The position numbers and the translations under genes were made by a program. DNA of 64,000 nt from Myxococcales bacterium (lineage in GTDB: Bacteria > Myxococcota_A > UBA9042 > JABWCM01 > BTVJ01). Below the pieces are notes generated by a model. It ran no database searches and was not told where the DNA came from. It saw nothing but the letters and a program-made list of their open reading frames with translations. Shown here piece by piece: positions 44,242-52,487 of the stretch. Location: contig BTVJ01000025.1 of assembly GCA_045863395.1 (NCBI GenBank), positions 1 through 64,000 on the forward strand. Direction: 5' to 3'. Each line of letters opens with the position of its first letter. The stretch's first letter is position 1.

Positions 44242-46095
44242 ATGTCATTGAGCAGACAGGACATCGAAGATCGGCTGATGGACTACCTCTACGAGGAGCT
44301 GTCCGACGACGAGTCGGCGCTCTTCGAGGAGGAGCTCCGCCGTCACCCGGATCTCCAGGCGGAGGTGGACTCCCACCGGCGCACCCGGTCTGCGTTCGCT
44401 CGCCTGCCGCAGCTCGACATGCCCCACCTCGTTCAGGCCAACATCCTCAGGGAGGCGCGCCGCGCCGCCGCCGACGTGGGAGCGGCCCGGCAGGAGCCGG
44501 CCGGGCTCCTGGCGCGCCTCGCCGCGTGGCTGATGCAGCCGGCGGTGGCCACGGCGATGATCGGGGTGCTGGTCGCGGCCATCGGGCTCTACGTGGCTGA
44601 CCGCCGCATGCTGTCCAATGACGAGGTGCGCGAGGATCTGTACGGGCCCGAGCGGGGGCCGTCGCTGACCGCGGCGGAGCCTCGCTCGCCTGCGCGGGCA
44701 GACCGGACGACGCTCTCCGAGGCAGAGCCCCCGCCGGCCGACCTCCCCACCGCGCCGGATCCAGGACCCGGTTGGGGCGACGAGGTGGCCGTTGCGCCCG
44801 TGCCAACCCCGGCGGCGCTGCCTGCGCCGGTCGAGGCGGCGTCCGCAAGAGTGCCGGATATGGAGGTCGCAGCGGCAGAGGTGGACCGACTCTCGGATCT
44901 GGCGCGGGACCGGGGGCTCCGGGCCGGTGGTGTCGACAAGAAGGCCGAGGGCAAGGTGGGCTCGAAGCTCGACCTGGCGGCTCCGAAGAAGAAGGCGGCG
45001 GCCCCGTGGGGAGGCGATCTCGCAGCCGACCTGGACACCCGACAGCCTCAGCCCGCGCCGGACGTCGCGAAGGAGGCCCCACGCAAGGACGCTCCCGTCG
45101 CCGTGCCCCAGGGCATCGCGAGCAACGTGGAGCAGCGGGCGGTCGCACCAGGCGCCGACGACAACGCGGTCCGAGACGGGTTTGCGCGTTTCGGCGCAAA
45201 GGCTCCCGCTACGGCCCCCCCTGTCCAGGCAGCAGAGAAGGCCGCTGTGGTGAGCCCGGCCGAGGAGCCCGAGGCATTCCCGCAGGGGGCGAGCAGCGCC
45301 CCGCTGGCGAACGAGGTCCGTGGGCCCCAGAAGCAGCAGCTTCAGGAGCGCAGGGCCGCTGAGGTGGTCTATGGAGGGGAGGACCTCCGCAACTCCGCCA
45401 GCGCGCCGGCCGCGACGAGCGTTGGTGGGCTCGCTGACGACTCCTGGAAGCTCGCGACCGGCAAGGCGGAGCAGCCGGGCGACGCCGGCGGAGCCCAAGT
45501 GGAGGCCCAAGCGGCCCAGATCGCTGGTGGAGCGCTGGCGCAGGACCCGTCCTCCGGGTACCGGACCGAGTCATCGACCCTGGACGCTCGGGAGGACACG
45601 GCGCCGCTCGGGATGATGCGACAGGGCGACGCGCTGCTGGCGGCGGGCGACGTACAGGGAGCGATTGCCGCATACGAGAAGGCCGCGAAGCAGGACCCGT
45701 CGCTGGCGCCCCTCGCGCGGCACAAGGTGGCCCAGGCCTATCGTCAGGCCAACCGCTTCCTGGACGCGCTGGTGAGCTACGACGGGCTCCTGAAGAACTA
45801 CCCGCGCTACCAGAACCGAGCTGCGGCGCTGCGGGAGAAGTTCGAGGTCAGCATGGCGCTCGGGCGCCTGGATGTGGCCGAGCGGGCGCTCAAGGACATG
45901 GAGGCGGTCGAGGGCGTCGCCGTGGAGGAGCTGCGACAGCGCCTGTACGCCCGCCGAGTGGCCATGGAGGCGGACGTCAAGGCGAGCAAGGCCGCCGGAG
46001 CCGCCAAGGGCAACGCCGCGCCCGCGCGCGCAAAGTCCATGGAGGCCGCCGAGCCCGCGTTCGACGAGATCAAGCCCGCCACCGAGGCCAAGTAG
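44242..46095 (+). CDS. Large anti-sigma factor: Cys-less ZAS-like domain, TM, disordered periplasmic region, C-terminal TPR
   Basis: RLMDYLYEELS....FEEEL; one TM; A/P-rich region; TPR helices; follows an ECF gene. Confidence 0.8.
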   Translation: MSLSRQDIEDRLMDYLYEELSDDESALFEEELRRHPDLQAEVDSHRRTRSAFARLPQLDMPHLVQANILREARRAAADVGAARQEPAGLLARLAAWLMQPAVATAMIGVLVAAIGLYVADRRMLSNDEVREDLYGPERGPSLTAAEPRSPARADRTTLSEAEPPPADLPTAPDPGPGWGDEVAVAPVPTPAALPAPVEAASARVPDMEVAAAEVDRLSDLARDRGLRAGGVDKKAEGKVGSKLDLAAPKKKAAAPWGGDLAADLDTRQPQPAPDVAKEAPRKDAPVAVPQGIASNVEQRAVAPGADDNAVRDGFARFGAKAPATAPPVQAAEKAAVVSPAEEPEAFPQGASSAPLANEVRGPQKQQLQERRAAEVVYGGEDLRNSASAPAATSVGGLADDSWKLATGKAEQPGDAGGAQVEAQAAQIAGGALAQDPSSGYRTESSTLDAREDTAPLGMMRQGDALLAAGDVQGAIAAYEKAAKQDPSLAPLARHKVAQAYRQANRFLDALVSYDGLLKNYPRYQNRAAALREKFEVSMALGRLDVAERALKDMEAVEGVAVEELRQRLYARRVAMEADVKASKAAGAAKGNAAPARAKSMEAAEPAFDEIKPATEAK

Positions 46096-46116
46096 GCAGG
46101 GCCGCGCGGCTCCTGC
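46096..46116. terminator. GC hairpin between convergent genes
   Basis: GCAGG-GCCG / CGGC-T-CCTGC with one bulge; no U-tract. Confidence 0.25.
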
Positions 46117-46139
46117 GGTCCGCCCTTACGCCGAACCCG

Positions 46140-46823
46140 TCAGACGCCCCGCGCGTCGGCCCCCCAGATCAGCTTGTGCAACTGCAGGTTGAGGCGCACC
46201 GGGAGGCGATCCTCGACAATCCAGGCAGAGAGCTCCCGCGCGTCGAGCTCCCCGTGGCTGGGACTGAAGAGCACCTGCTGGACCCGGCGCGGCAGGGCGA
46301 GCTCCGCCATGGCGGCGACCGCCCATTCATAGTCGGCGCGGCTCGTCAGCACGATCTTGATCAGATCGTGGGGCAGCAGGGCGTCCAGGTTCGATCGGTC
46401 AAAGGTGCTGAGAAACGCGGGGGTCAGGTCGAAGCCCGGCGGCGGATCGCGACGGATCGCGCCTGGGGTCTTGAGATCGACGACCTTGATGACCTCCGAG
46501 GGCACCTGGGAGAGGGGCCGTGACCCGCCGGTCTCCAGGAGCACCGTGTAGCCGCGACCGACGAGCTCGCCGAGGAAGGGCACGATCTCGCGCTGCAGCA
46601 TGGGCTCGCCGCCGGTGACGCACACGAGGGGCAGGCCAAGGTCTGCCACGCGCGCCAGGATGCCCTGGCGGTCGAGGTCCTCGCCTTCGTAGAACGCGTG
46701 CTCGGTGTCGCAGTAGGTGCAGCGCAGGTTGCAGCCCGTGAAGCGCACGAAGGTGCACGGCTCGCCGGCGCGGGTGCCCTCGCCTTGGATGCTCGCGAAG
46801 ATCTCGTTGACTCTCATGGACAT
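46140..46823 (-). CDS. queE: 7-carboxy-7-deazaguanine synthase (radical SAM)
   Basis: EIFASIQGEG, FVRFTGCNLRCTYCDT, TGGEP and RLNLQLHKLIW. Confidence 0.92.
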   Translation of the reverse strand: MSMRVNEIFASIQGEGTRAGEPCTFVRFTGCNLRCTYCDTEHAFYEGEDLDRQGILARVADLGLPLVCVTGGEPMLQREIVPFLGELVGRGYTVLLETGGSRPLSQVPSEVIKVVDLKTPGAIRRDPPPGFDLTPAFLSTFDRSNLDALLPHDLIKIVLTSRADYEWAVAAMAELALPRRVQQVLFSPSHGELDARELSAWIVEDRLPVRLNLQLHKLIWGADARGV

Positions 46824-47008
46824 GCGACATCCTGGGGCGCGCCGTCAGCCGGCAGGCGGCGCCGCGGCGCGCGATTCTAGCAGAAGCCGAGTGATCGACT
46901 CCAACGGTTGCTGGGCTTTTCTGTACCGCGCTCGCCCCCGTCCGTATCATGCGGCGCGGACGTCCCTGTGCCTGGACTCCGCCGTGGCTCCACCTTGGAG
47001 GATCATTC

Positions 47009-48340
47009 ATGAAGCTCACCGGTCGCATCGCGCTCGTCACCGCCCTGTTCGCCACACCTGCCTGGGCCGAAGGCTTCGAGGGGCAGTTCGACGGCGGCCT
47101 GGGCTTCGGAGGCATCGCGGAGGACTGGTTCGTCAAGGTGTCCGTGGGCGCCGCGTTCCAGTTCGACAAGATCGGTTTTGGCGTGCAGGTCCCCCTGAAC
47201 TTCCGCGCCATCGACTACGAGCCGGAGCAGGACAGCGTCATCCGCGAGGAGGACTGGGACGAGGTCGGGGACTTCTTCAAGATCCTCAGGTACTTCCAGT
47301 ACGGGTTCCCGAACGAACCCTACTACGTGCGCGTGGGAGAGCTGACCGGCGTGTCCATCGGCCACGGGACGGTGGTGAACAGCTACTACAACGTGGTGGA
47401 CGTCAACCACTACAAGATGGGGATCCGGAGCACCATCGACGTGGGCTACGGCGGCGTGGAGGTGATGATCGACCACGTCGCGCCGCCCAACCTGCTGGCC
47501 ATCCGGCCCTTCGTACGGCCGTTCACGTTCTTCCCGACGGCGGACATCTTCAAGAAGGTCACGACGGGGCTCGTCTTCGCGGCGGACTTCGACGCACCGA
47601 CGGCGCTCAAGGTGGACGCGGGGGGCGTCCCGGTCATCGAGGAGGCCGGGCCGGTCCGGGCATCGAGCGAGCCCGTCATCCTGTGGGGGTGGGACCTGGA
47701 CTGGGAGGTGTTCTCCAACGAGTGGGTGGCGATCATCCCGTTCTTCGACGTGATGGTGCTCGGCGACGAGGGGGCAGGGACCCACCTCGGGACGTTCATC
47801 AACTTCAGCCTCCCGGCGAACATCCACATCGACACGTGCATCGAGTGGCGCTTCGCGTCCAAGGGCTACCAGCCGACGTACATCTCTCCCATCTATGAGA
47901 TCGAGCGGTGGCGGTTCGTGCAGGGTCCGAAGATCACCGACGTGCGCGCAGGGTTTGCGGGCGCCGACAGGGACCGGCACGGGCTGCTCGGGAGCCTGAC
48001 CTTCCGAGTGGACAAGTGGGTGACCGTGACGGCGGCCTACGAGGACTACCAGGGACCGGACAACGCAAACTTCACGGCGCGCCTTGAGCTGCCCTGGATC
48101 GCAGACGTCGTGCAGGCGGCTGCTTTCTGGACCAAGCGCAACTTCGACGACGCGGAGGACCTGGGGAGCCTGGACAACGCGCTCCTCGTGGCCATGCTGC
48201 GGGTCAAGGTGTACGACCCGCTCTACCTCTGGGCCGAGTACAGCCGTCAGTGGCACGTAGACGAGACCGGCACCGACCGCGGGGAGTACGAGACGGTGGA
48301 CAACTTCGGGGGCGGCGTCGGCGTCCACGTAGGGTTCTGA
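47009..48340 (+). CDS. Uncharacterised outer-membrane beta-barrel protein
   Basis: Signal peptide ending PAWA; amphipathic beta strands rich in aromatics; C-terminal GVGVHVGF; GGAGG RBS. Confidence 0.75.
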   Translation: MKLTGRIALVTALFATPAWAEGFEGQFDGGLGFGGIAEDWFVKVSVGAAFQFDKIGFGVQVPLNFRAIDYEPEQDSVIREEDWDEVGDFFKILRYFQYGFPNEPYYVRVGELTGVSIGHGTVVNSYYNVVDVNHYKMGIRSTIDVGYGGVEVMIDHVAPPNLLAIRPFVRPFTFFPTADIFKKVTTGLVFAADFDAPTALKVDAGGVPVIEEAGPVRASSEPVILWGWDLDWEVFSNEWVAIIPFFDVMVLGDEGAGTHLGTFINFSLPANIHIDTCIEWRFASKGYQPTYISPIYEIERWRFVQGPKITDVRAGFAGADRDRHGLLGSLTFRVDKWVTVTAAYEDYQGPDNANFTARLELPWIADVVQAAAFWTKRNFDDAEDLGSLDNALLVAMLRVKVYDPLYLWAEYSRQWHVDETGTDRGEYETVDNFGGGVGVHVGF

Positions 48341-48355
48341 CCTACCGGGGGACGG

Positions 48356-49903
48356 ATGGAAGCACTGATGGCGCTCTGGGCCCTGACCTTCCTGGCCGGG
48401 GCCATGCTCATCCAGCTCCTGCGGGCAAACCGGCGCGGGGAGCTGACCCGCAAGCTCGGCCTCGCCACCGTGCTGGGCATCGCCGCGACCTGGCCTGACG
48501 GCTTCGGCGTGCCGGCCGAGTGGCAGCCTCCCCTGATCGCCCTCGCCCTCTCGGTCCTGGTGTGGTTTGCGCTGATCCCGATGGTCGGGCGCTCCGTGGC
48601 ACGGAGCCGGCCGCGGCTCGGACGCAGGCTGACGGAGCTGGTGGTGTGGTCGGCGGAGGGGCGCGCCGACGAGGCCGTGGGGCGCGCCGCTGCGGCCCTC
48701 GGCACGGAGGACGCGGCGGCCGCGCTGTTGGCCCTGGAGGGGATTCCCAACGGTGAGGCGGCGGCCTTGCGTGCGGTGGCGCACGCCCTCCTCGAGCAGT
48801 GGGACGACGTGCTTCGGATCCCCGTGGACGCGGCCAGCGGCCCCCAGGCGCTGCACGTGCGGGGGGCGCGGGTGCTCGCCCTGGCAGAGACCGGACGAAT
48901 CGCGGAGGCGCGCGCAGAGGCCGAGGCCATGCGGACCGCCGACGTGGGGACGGTCGCGCCGGGGGTCCAGCAGTCCATGGCCCTGCTGGCGGACCTGGAC
49001 ATCGCCGCAGCCGAGGGGGACGCACGCGCCGCGGTCGAGGTCCTGTCGAATCCGCTGCCCCAGGTCCGCGCGGCGTGGATCCTGTGGCGCCTCGGCGTGG
49101 CCATGAGCCGGGCGGGACGCCCGTCCGACGCCCTTCGGGCATGGCTACAGGCCTGGGACCGCCTGGTGCCACAGCAGCCCATCACACGCCGCGTCATCGA
49201 GCAGGGGCTGCGGTCTCTGGGGACGGAGCCGCCCGCGGCGCCGCACCTCGCCATCGGGGCGCCGGTGGCGACCGCCGGGCTGGTCGGGCTCATCGCAGTG
49301 GCGTATCTGATCCAGGTGGTGCTGGAGCGCACCGTCGGTGCCGACGCGCCCTTCGAGCTCGGCGCCTTCTTCGTGCCGTCGAGCGGGGAGCGGTGGCGCC
49401 TCGTCAGCTACGGGCTGGTCCACGCCGGAATCGTGCACGCGGGCATGAACGCCTGGGTGCTTTGGGACGTGGGGCGCTTCTTGGAGCGTCGCCTCGGGCC
49501 AGCGGCCGTGTTCGGCTCGTTCGTGCTCGGGGTGTTCGGCGGGTCGCTGCTCAGCGAGGCCTTGATGACCCACGGGGGGCTCGTCGGGGCGTCGGGGGGA
49601 GTCCTCGGGGTCGGCGGCGCGCTGCTGGTCAACGCGTGGCAGCGGAGCGCCCAAGAGGGCACGCAGCTCTTCCGCGGCGTCGGCACCTGGCTGCTGATCA
49701 TCATGGCGTTCAGCGTCATCTTCCCGAACGTGTCCATCTGGGGGCACCTGGGAGGCATCATCGCCGGCGCTCTGTTCGGCCTCGGCTTCGGGCGGCTTCG
49801 GGGGCACGCGGTGGACTGGGCGCTCATCTCTGCGTCGGCCATCGCCATCGCGTGGGCCGTGGTCGGGGTGGTGACCAAGGGAGTCGAGCTGTCGCTGTGG
49901 TGA
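48356..49903 (+). CDS. Rhomboid intramembrane serine protease with N-terminal TM and TPR-like region
   Basis: WRLVSYGLVHAGIVH..MN, GASG and SIWGHLGG. Confidence 0.9.
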   Translation: MEALMALWALTFLAGAMLIQLLRANRRGELTRKLGLATVLGIAATWPDGFGVPAEWQPPLIALALSVLVWFALIPMVGRSVARSRPRLGRRLTELVVWSAEGRADEAVGRAAAALGTEDAAAALLALEGIPNGEAAALRAVAHALLEQWDDVLRIPVDAASGPQALHVRGARVLALAETGRIAEARAEAEAMRTADVGTVAPGVQQSMALLADLDIAAAEGDARAAVEVLSNPLPQVRAAWILWRLGVAMSRAGRPSDALRAWLQAWDRLVPQQPITRRVIEQGLRSLGTEPPAAPHLAIGAPVATAGLVGLIAVAYLIQVVLERTVGADAPFELGAFFVPSSGERWRLVSYGLVHAGIVHAGMNAWVLWDVGRFLERRLGPAAVFGSFVLGVFGGSLLSEALMTHGGLVGASGGVLGVGGALLVNAWQRSAQEGTQLFRGVGTWLLIIMAFSVIFPNVSIWGHLGGIIAGALFGLGFGRLRGHAVDWALISASAIAIAWAVVGVVTKGVELSLW

Positions 49904-49915
49904 GAGGGCGAGGGT

Positions 49916-49944
49916 TTGACACTCGCGGGGACTTGGGGTACTCC
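49916..49944 (+). promoter_or_regulatory. Sigma70-type promoter TTGACA-N17-TACTCC
   Basis: Perfect -35 and 17-nt spacer between the rhomboid stop and ATG 49972. Confidence 0.5.
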
Positions 49945-49971
49945 GGCAGGTCGGAGTTCCCAGGAGGCAGC

Positions 49972-51099
49972 ATGGGCAGAGCACGTCGGATGTGGGTCCT
50001 GGTGGCGCTCCTCGCGGTGGCGGGCGCGACTCCGGCAGGCGCGCAGACCGCCGCCGAGCAGGCGGAGATCGAGAACCAGCAGGGCAAGGAGCTGTTCGGC
50101 GCCGGGCGCTACGTGGAGTCCGCCGCGCGGTTCCAGCGCGCCTTCGACCTGAACCCCCTCTCCAAGTACCTCTACAACCTCGGCTACGCGTGGCTGAATA
50201 CGGGCACCGAGCCCCAGAAGGCGCTGGACGCCTTCGACAAGTTCGTGCCCCTGTGCAAGGAGGAGGGCAAGGGCATCTGCGCCGACCAGGAGCGCGTCGA
50301 GAAGGAGATGGTCCGCCTCAAGGACCTGGCTTACCGCGCCCTTCCGCTCGTGACCATGCAGTCCGACCCGGCGGGGGCGACCATCTACTTCATGGAGGAG
50401 GGCGCGTCCCAGGAGCGCATCATCGGCCAGACGCCCTTTGCGACGAACCTCGCTGAGGGGCGCTACTACCTGCGCCTCGTGCTGGACGGCTACGAGCCCT
50501 TCTCGGCGCCCTTCGAGGTCAAACGGCAGGGGGACCTGACCTTGTCGTTCCCGCTCGCGCGCATCAAGAACATCGGGCATTTGCGAGTTCGGACGAACGT
50601 GAAGGGCGCTCGCATCTTCCTCGACGGCAAGCCCTTCGGGATCTCGCCCTACGAAGAGGTGGTGGACGTCGAGGCGGGCAAGCACCAGATCGTCGTGGAG
50701 AAGGACGCCTACACCACCTTCAACGAGCCTGTGGATGTGGCGACGGGCGCGGAGGTGGACGTCAGCGCGACCATCTTCCTCAAGGACGCCCCCGCGTCGT
50801 GGCGGGCCTACGTGGGCTGGCCGACGGCGGTGATCGGGCTGCTCGGCGTCGGGGCGGGCATCACCTTCTGGCAGCTCGCCGACAAGGAGTTTGCGGGCAC
50901 GCCCACCTTCAACGACTATGAGCTGTACCAGAACCTGGGGTACGGCCTCGGCGGCGGCCTGCTGGCCGTGGGCACGGGCCTGATCATCTGGGAGTACGTG
51001 CGGACCGACGTGGCATCGGAGGACCGCATCGACATCGCCCCGGTGTTCAGCGTCGATCCGGGCAGCGGCATGGTCTTCGGCGCCATGGGGAGCTTCTGA
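49972..51099 (+). CDS. TPR + double PEGA domain protein with C-terminal membrane hairpin
   Basis: AGGAGG RBS; signal peptide; TPR with LYNLG; PEGA motifs SDPAGATI..GQTP and TNVKGARIFLDG..GISP; two hydrophobic helices; ends GSF. Confidence 0.85.
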   Translation: MGRARRMWVLVALLAVAGATPAGAQTAAEQAEIENQQGKELFGAGRYVESAARFQRAFDLNPLSKYLYNLGYAWLNTGTEPQKALDAFDKFVPLCKEEGKGICADQERVEKEMVRLKDLAYRALPLVTMQSDPAGATIYFMEEGASQERIIGQTPFATNLAEGRYYLRLVLDGYEPFSAPFEVKRQGDLTLSFPLARIKNIGHLRVRTNVKGARIFLDGKPFGISPYEEVVDVEAGKHQIVVEKDAYTTFNEPVDVATGAEVDVSATIFLKDAPASWRAYVGWPTAVIGLLGVGAGITFWQLADKEFAGTPTFNDYELYQNLGYGLGGGLLAVGTGLIIWEYVRTDVASEDRIDIAPVFSVDPGSGMVFGAMGSF

Positions 51100-52466
51100 T
51101 GCGCGCTTTGACGCTGTTTCTGGCCCTCGCGGCCGGGTGTGCCCAGGGGATCACGCCGCCCGACCCGACCTCCATGGTGAAGGTCGAGGACTACGACGGC
51201 GTGGTGGACTACCTCTTCGGCGGGGTCCCGCCGTGCCAGCCCATCCAGCAGAGCCAGTTCGACAAGGAGCCATTCTCGTGCGCGGGGGGCTGCCCCTGCA
51301 TCCAGTGCGAGAAGTGCTGCAAGGAGTGCGAAGACCCGGGGCAGTGCCCCAAGATCGCGGGCTGCGACACGGGGCAGGAGCTGGACAAGGACAAGTGCGC
51401 CACGCCAGACGGCATCTGCAAGCAGGGCGAGCGATGCAAGAAGCGGGACGCCTGCCTGCAGCGGGACAACCTCTCGCCGCCCATGCGCGTGAAGGTCCCG
51501 GCCTTCAAGATCGACCAGCACGAGGTGACCAACGTCCAGTACCGCTTCTGTGTGGAGATGGGGGTCTGCCGGGCGCAGCCCTACGACACGCTGGGTCAGG
51601 CCATCCTGGACGACTACGCCGGGGCGGAGCGGTACGACCAGTACCCGGCCCTCGTGCTCAACCTCGACGACGCGAAGACCTACTGCGAGTTCGTGGGCAA
51701 GCGGCTGCCGACCGAGTTCGAGTGGGAGCGGATCGCGGGCGGGGCGACGCTCACGGACAAGGCCGCGGGCGCCCACGAACTGAAGAAGAAGCGGGTCTAT
51801 CCCTTCCTGGCGCCGGACGAGCCCATCACCAAGTGCAAAGGGCGGGGCATCGCGCTCAAGCCGTGCAGCGGGGCCTTCTCGACGGCTCCGGTCATGACGT
51901 CCACGGACGACAAGGTGGAGGAGCCGCCGGGCAGCGGGCAGTTCGTCTATGACCTGGGCGGGAACATGGCCGAGTGGACCTCCACGGACCTGTCGACCAA
52001 CATCATCACCTGCCTCGGCACCGAGAGGTACGCCGAGTGTGTCGAGAGCAGCGCCGAGGGGTGCGACCAGTGCGTGGACATGGGCGATCCGGATCCGGCT
52101 GACGACCCCGAGCCCGTGTGCCAGAGCGTAGGCACGGGGGAGACCTCGTGCTGGTATCCGTCGGTCGCCGGCAGCGGCGCAGGCGCCCAGGGGTGCTACG
52201 CCATCTGCGCGACCCAGCTCGGGTCTACCGCCATCTGCGAGGCCCGGTGGTCGCCGGCGAGCGGCGCCATCGACCCGAAGAGCGACCTGTCGGACGTAGA
52301 GGTGACGCCGTCCCACCGCATCGTGCGCGGCGGCTCCTACGGCATCGAGGCGGGCGACATCTGCACCGCCCGGAGCGGCGCCCGCGGGACCGAGGCCGTC
52401 GAGGGGCTGGAGTCCCACCCCTGGCTCGGCGTGCGGTGCGCGTGCGACGCGGACAAGTGCCCCTGA
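51099..52466 (+). CDS. Cys-rich lipoprotein with FGE-sulfatase (SUMF1/CLec) domain
   Basis: Lipobox LAAGC; IDQHEVTN, GKRLPTEFEWE, DLGGNMAEW, RGGSY and GVRC; TGATG coupling to the PEGA gene. Confidence 0.85.
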   Translation: MRALTLFLALAAGCAQGITPPDPTSMVKVEDYDGVVDYLFGGVPPCQPIQQSQFDKEPFSCAGGCPCIQCEKCCKECEDPGQCPKIAGCDTGQELDKDKCATPDGICKQGERCKKRDACLQRDNLSPPMRVKVPAFKIDQHEVTNVQYRFCVEMGVCRAQPYDTLGQAILDDYAGAERYDQYPALVLNLDDAKTYCEFVGKRLPTEFEWERIAGGATLTDKAAGAHELKKKRVYPFLAPDEPITKCKGRGIALKPCSGAFSTAPVMTSTDDKVEEPPGSGQFVYDLGGNMAEWTSTDLSTNIITCLGTERYAECVESSAEGCDQCVDMGDPDPADDPEPVCQSVGTGETSCWYPSVAGSGAGAQGCYAICATQLGSTAICEARWSPASGAIDPKSDLSDVEVTPSHRIVRGGSYGIEAGDICTARSGARGTEAVEGLESHPWLGVRCACDADKCP

Positions 52467-52487
52467 CGAGCGGGCCACGACCCCAGA

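Noticed and set aside
44230..44245. GGTTCGA T-loop-like sequence (tRNA)
   Set aside because: No cloverleaf; it lies in a 28-nt gap between coupled genes.
46140..46823. 7-deazaguanine DNA-modification (Dpd) island
   Set aside because: Lone queE with no dpdA/tgt-like, queC or queD neighbours; most simply a housekeeping queuosine gene.
48356..49903. Rhomboid as the sortase for the GGC-TM-RRR tails
   Set aside because: The tails are MYXO-CTERM type (Cys-containing), which are attributed to CPBP-family myxosortases. Rhombosortases are short and lack this N-terminal extension.
51099..52466. Diversity-generating retroelement target (CLec fold)
   Set aside because: No reverse transcriptase and no adenine-mismatched template repeat seen in the window.
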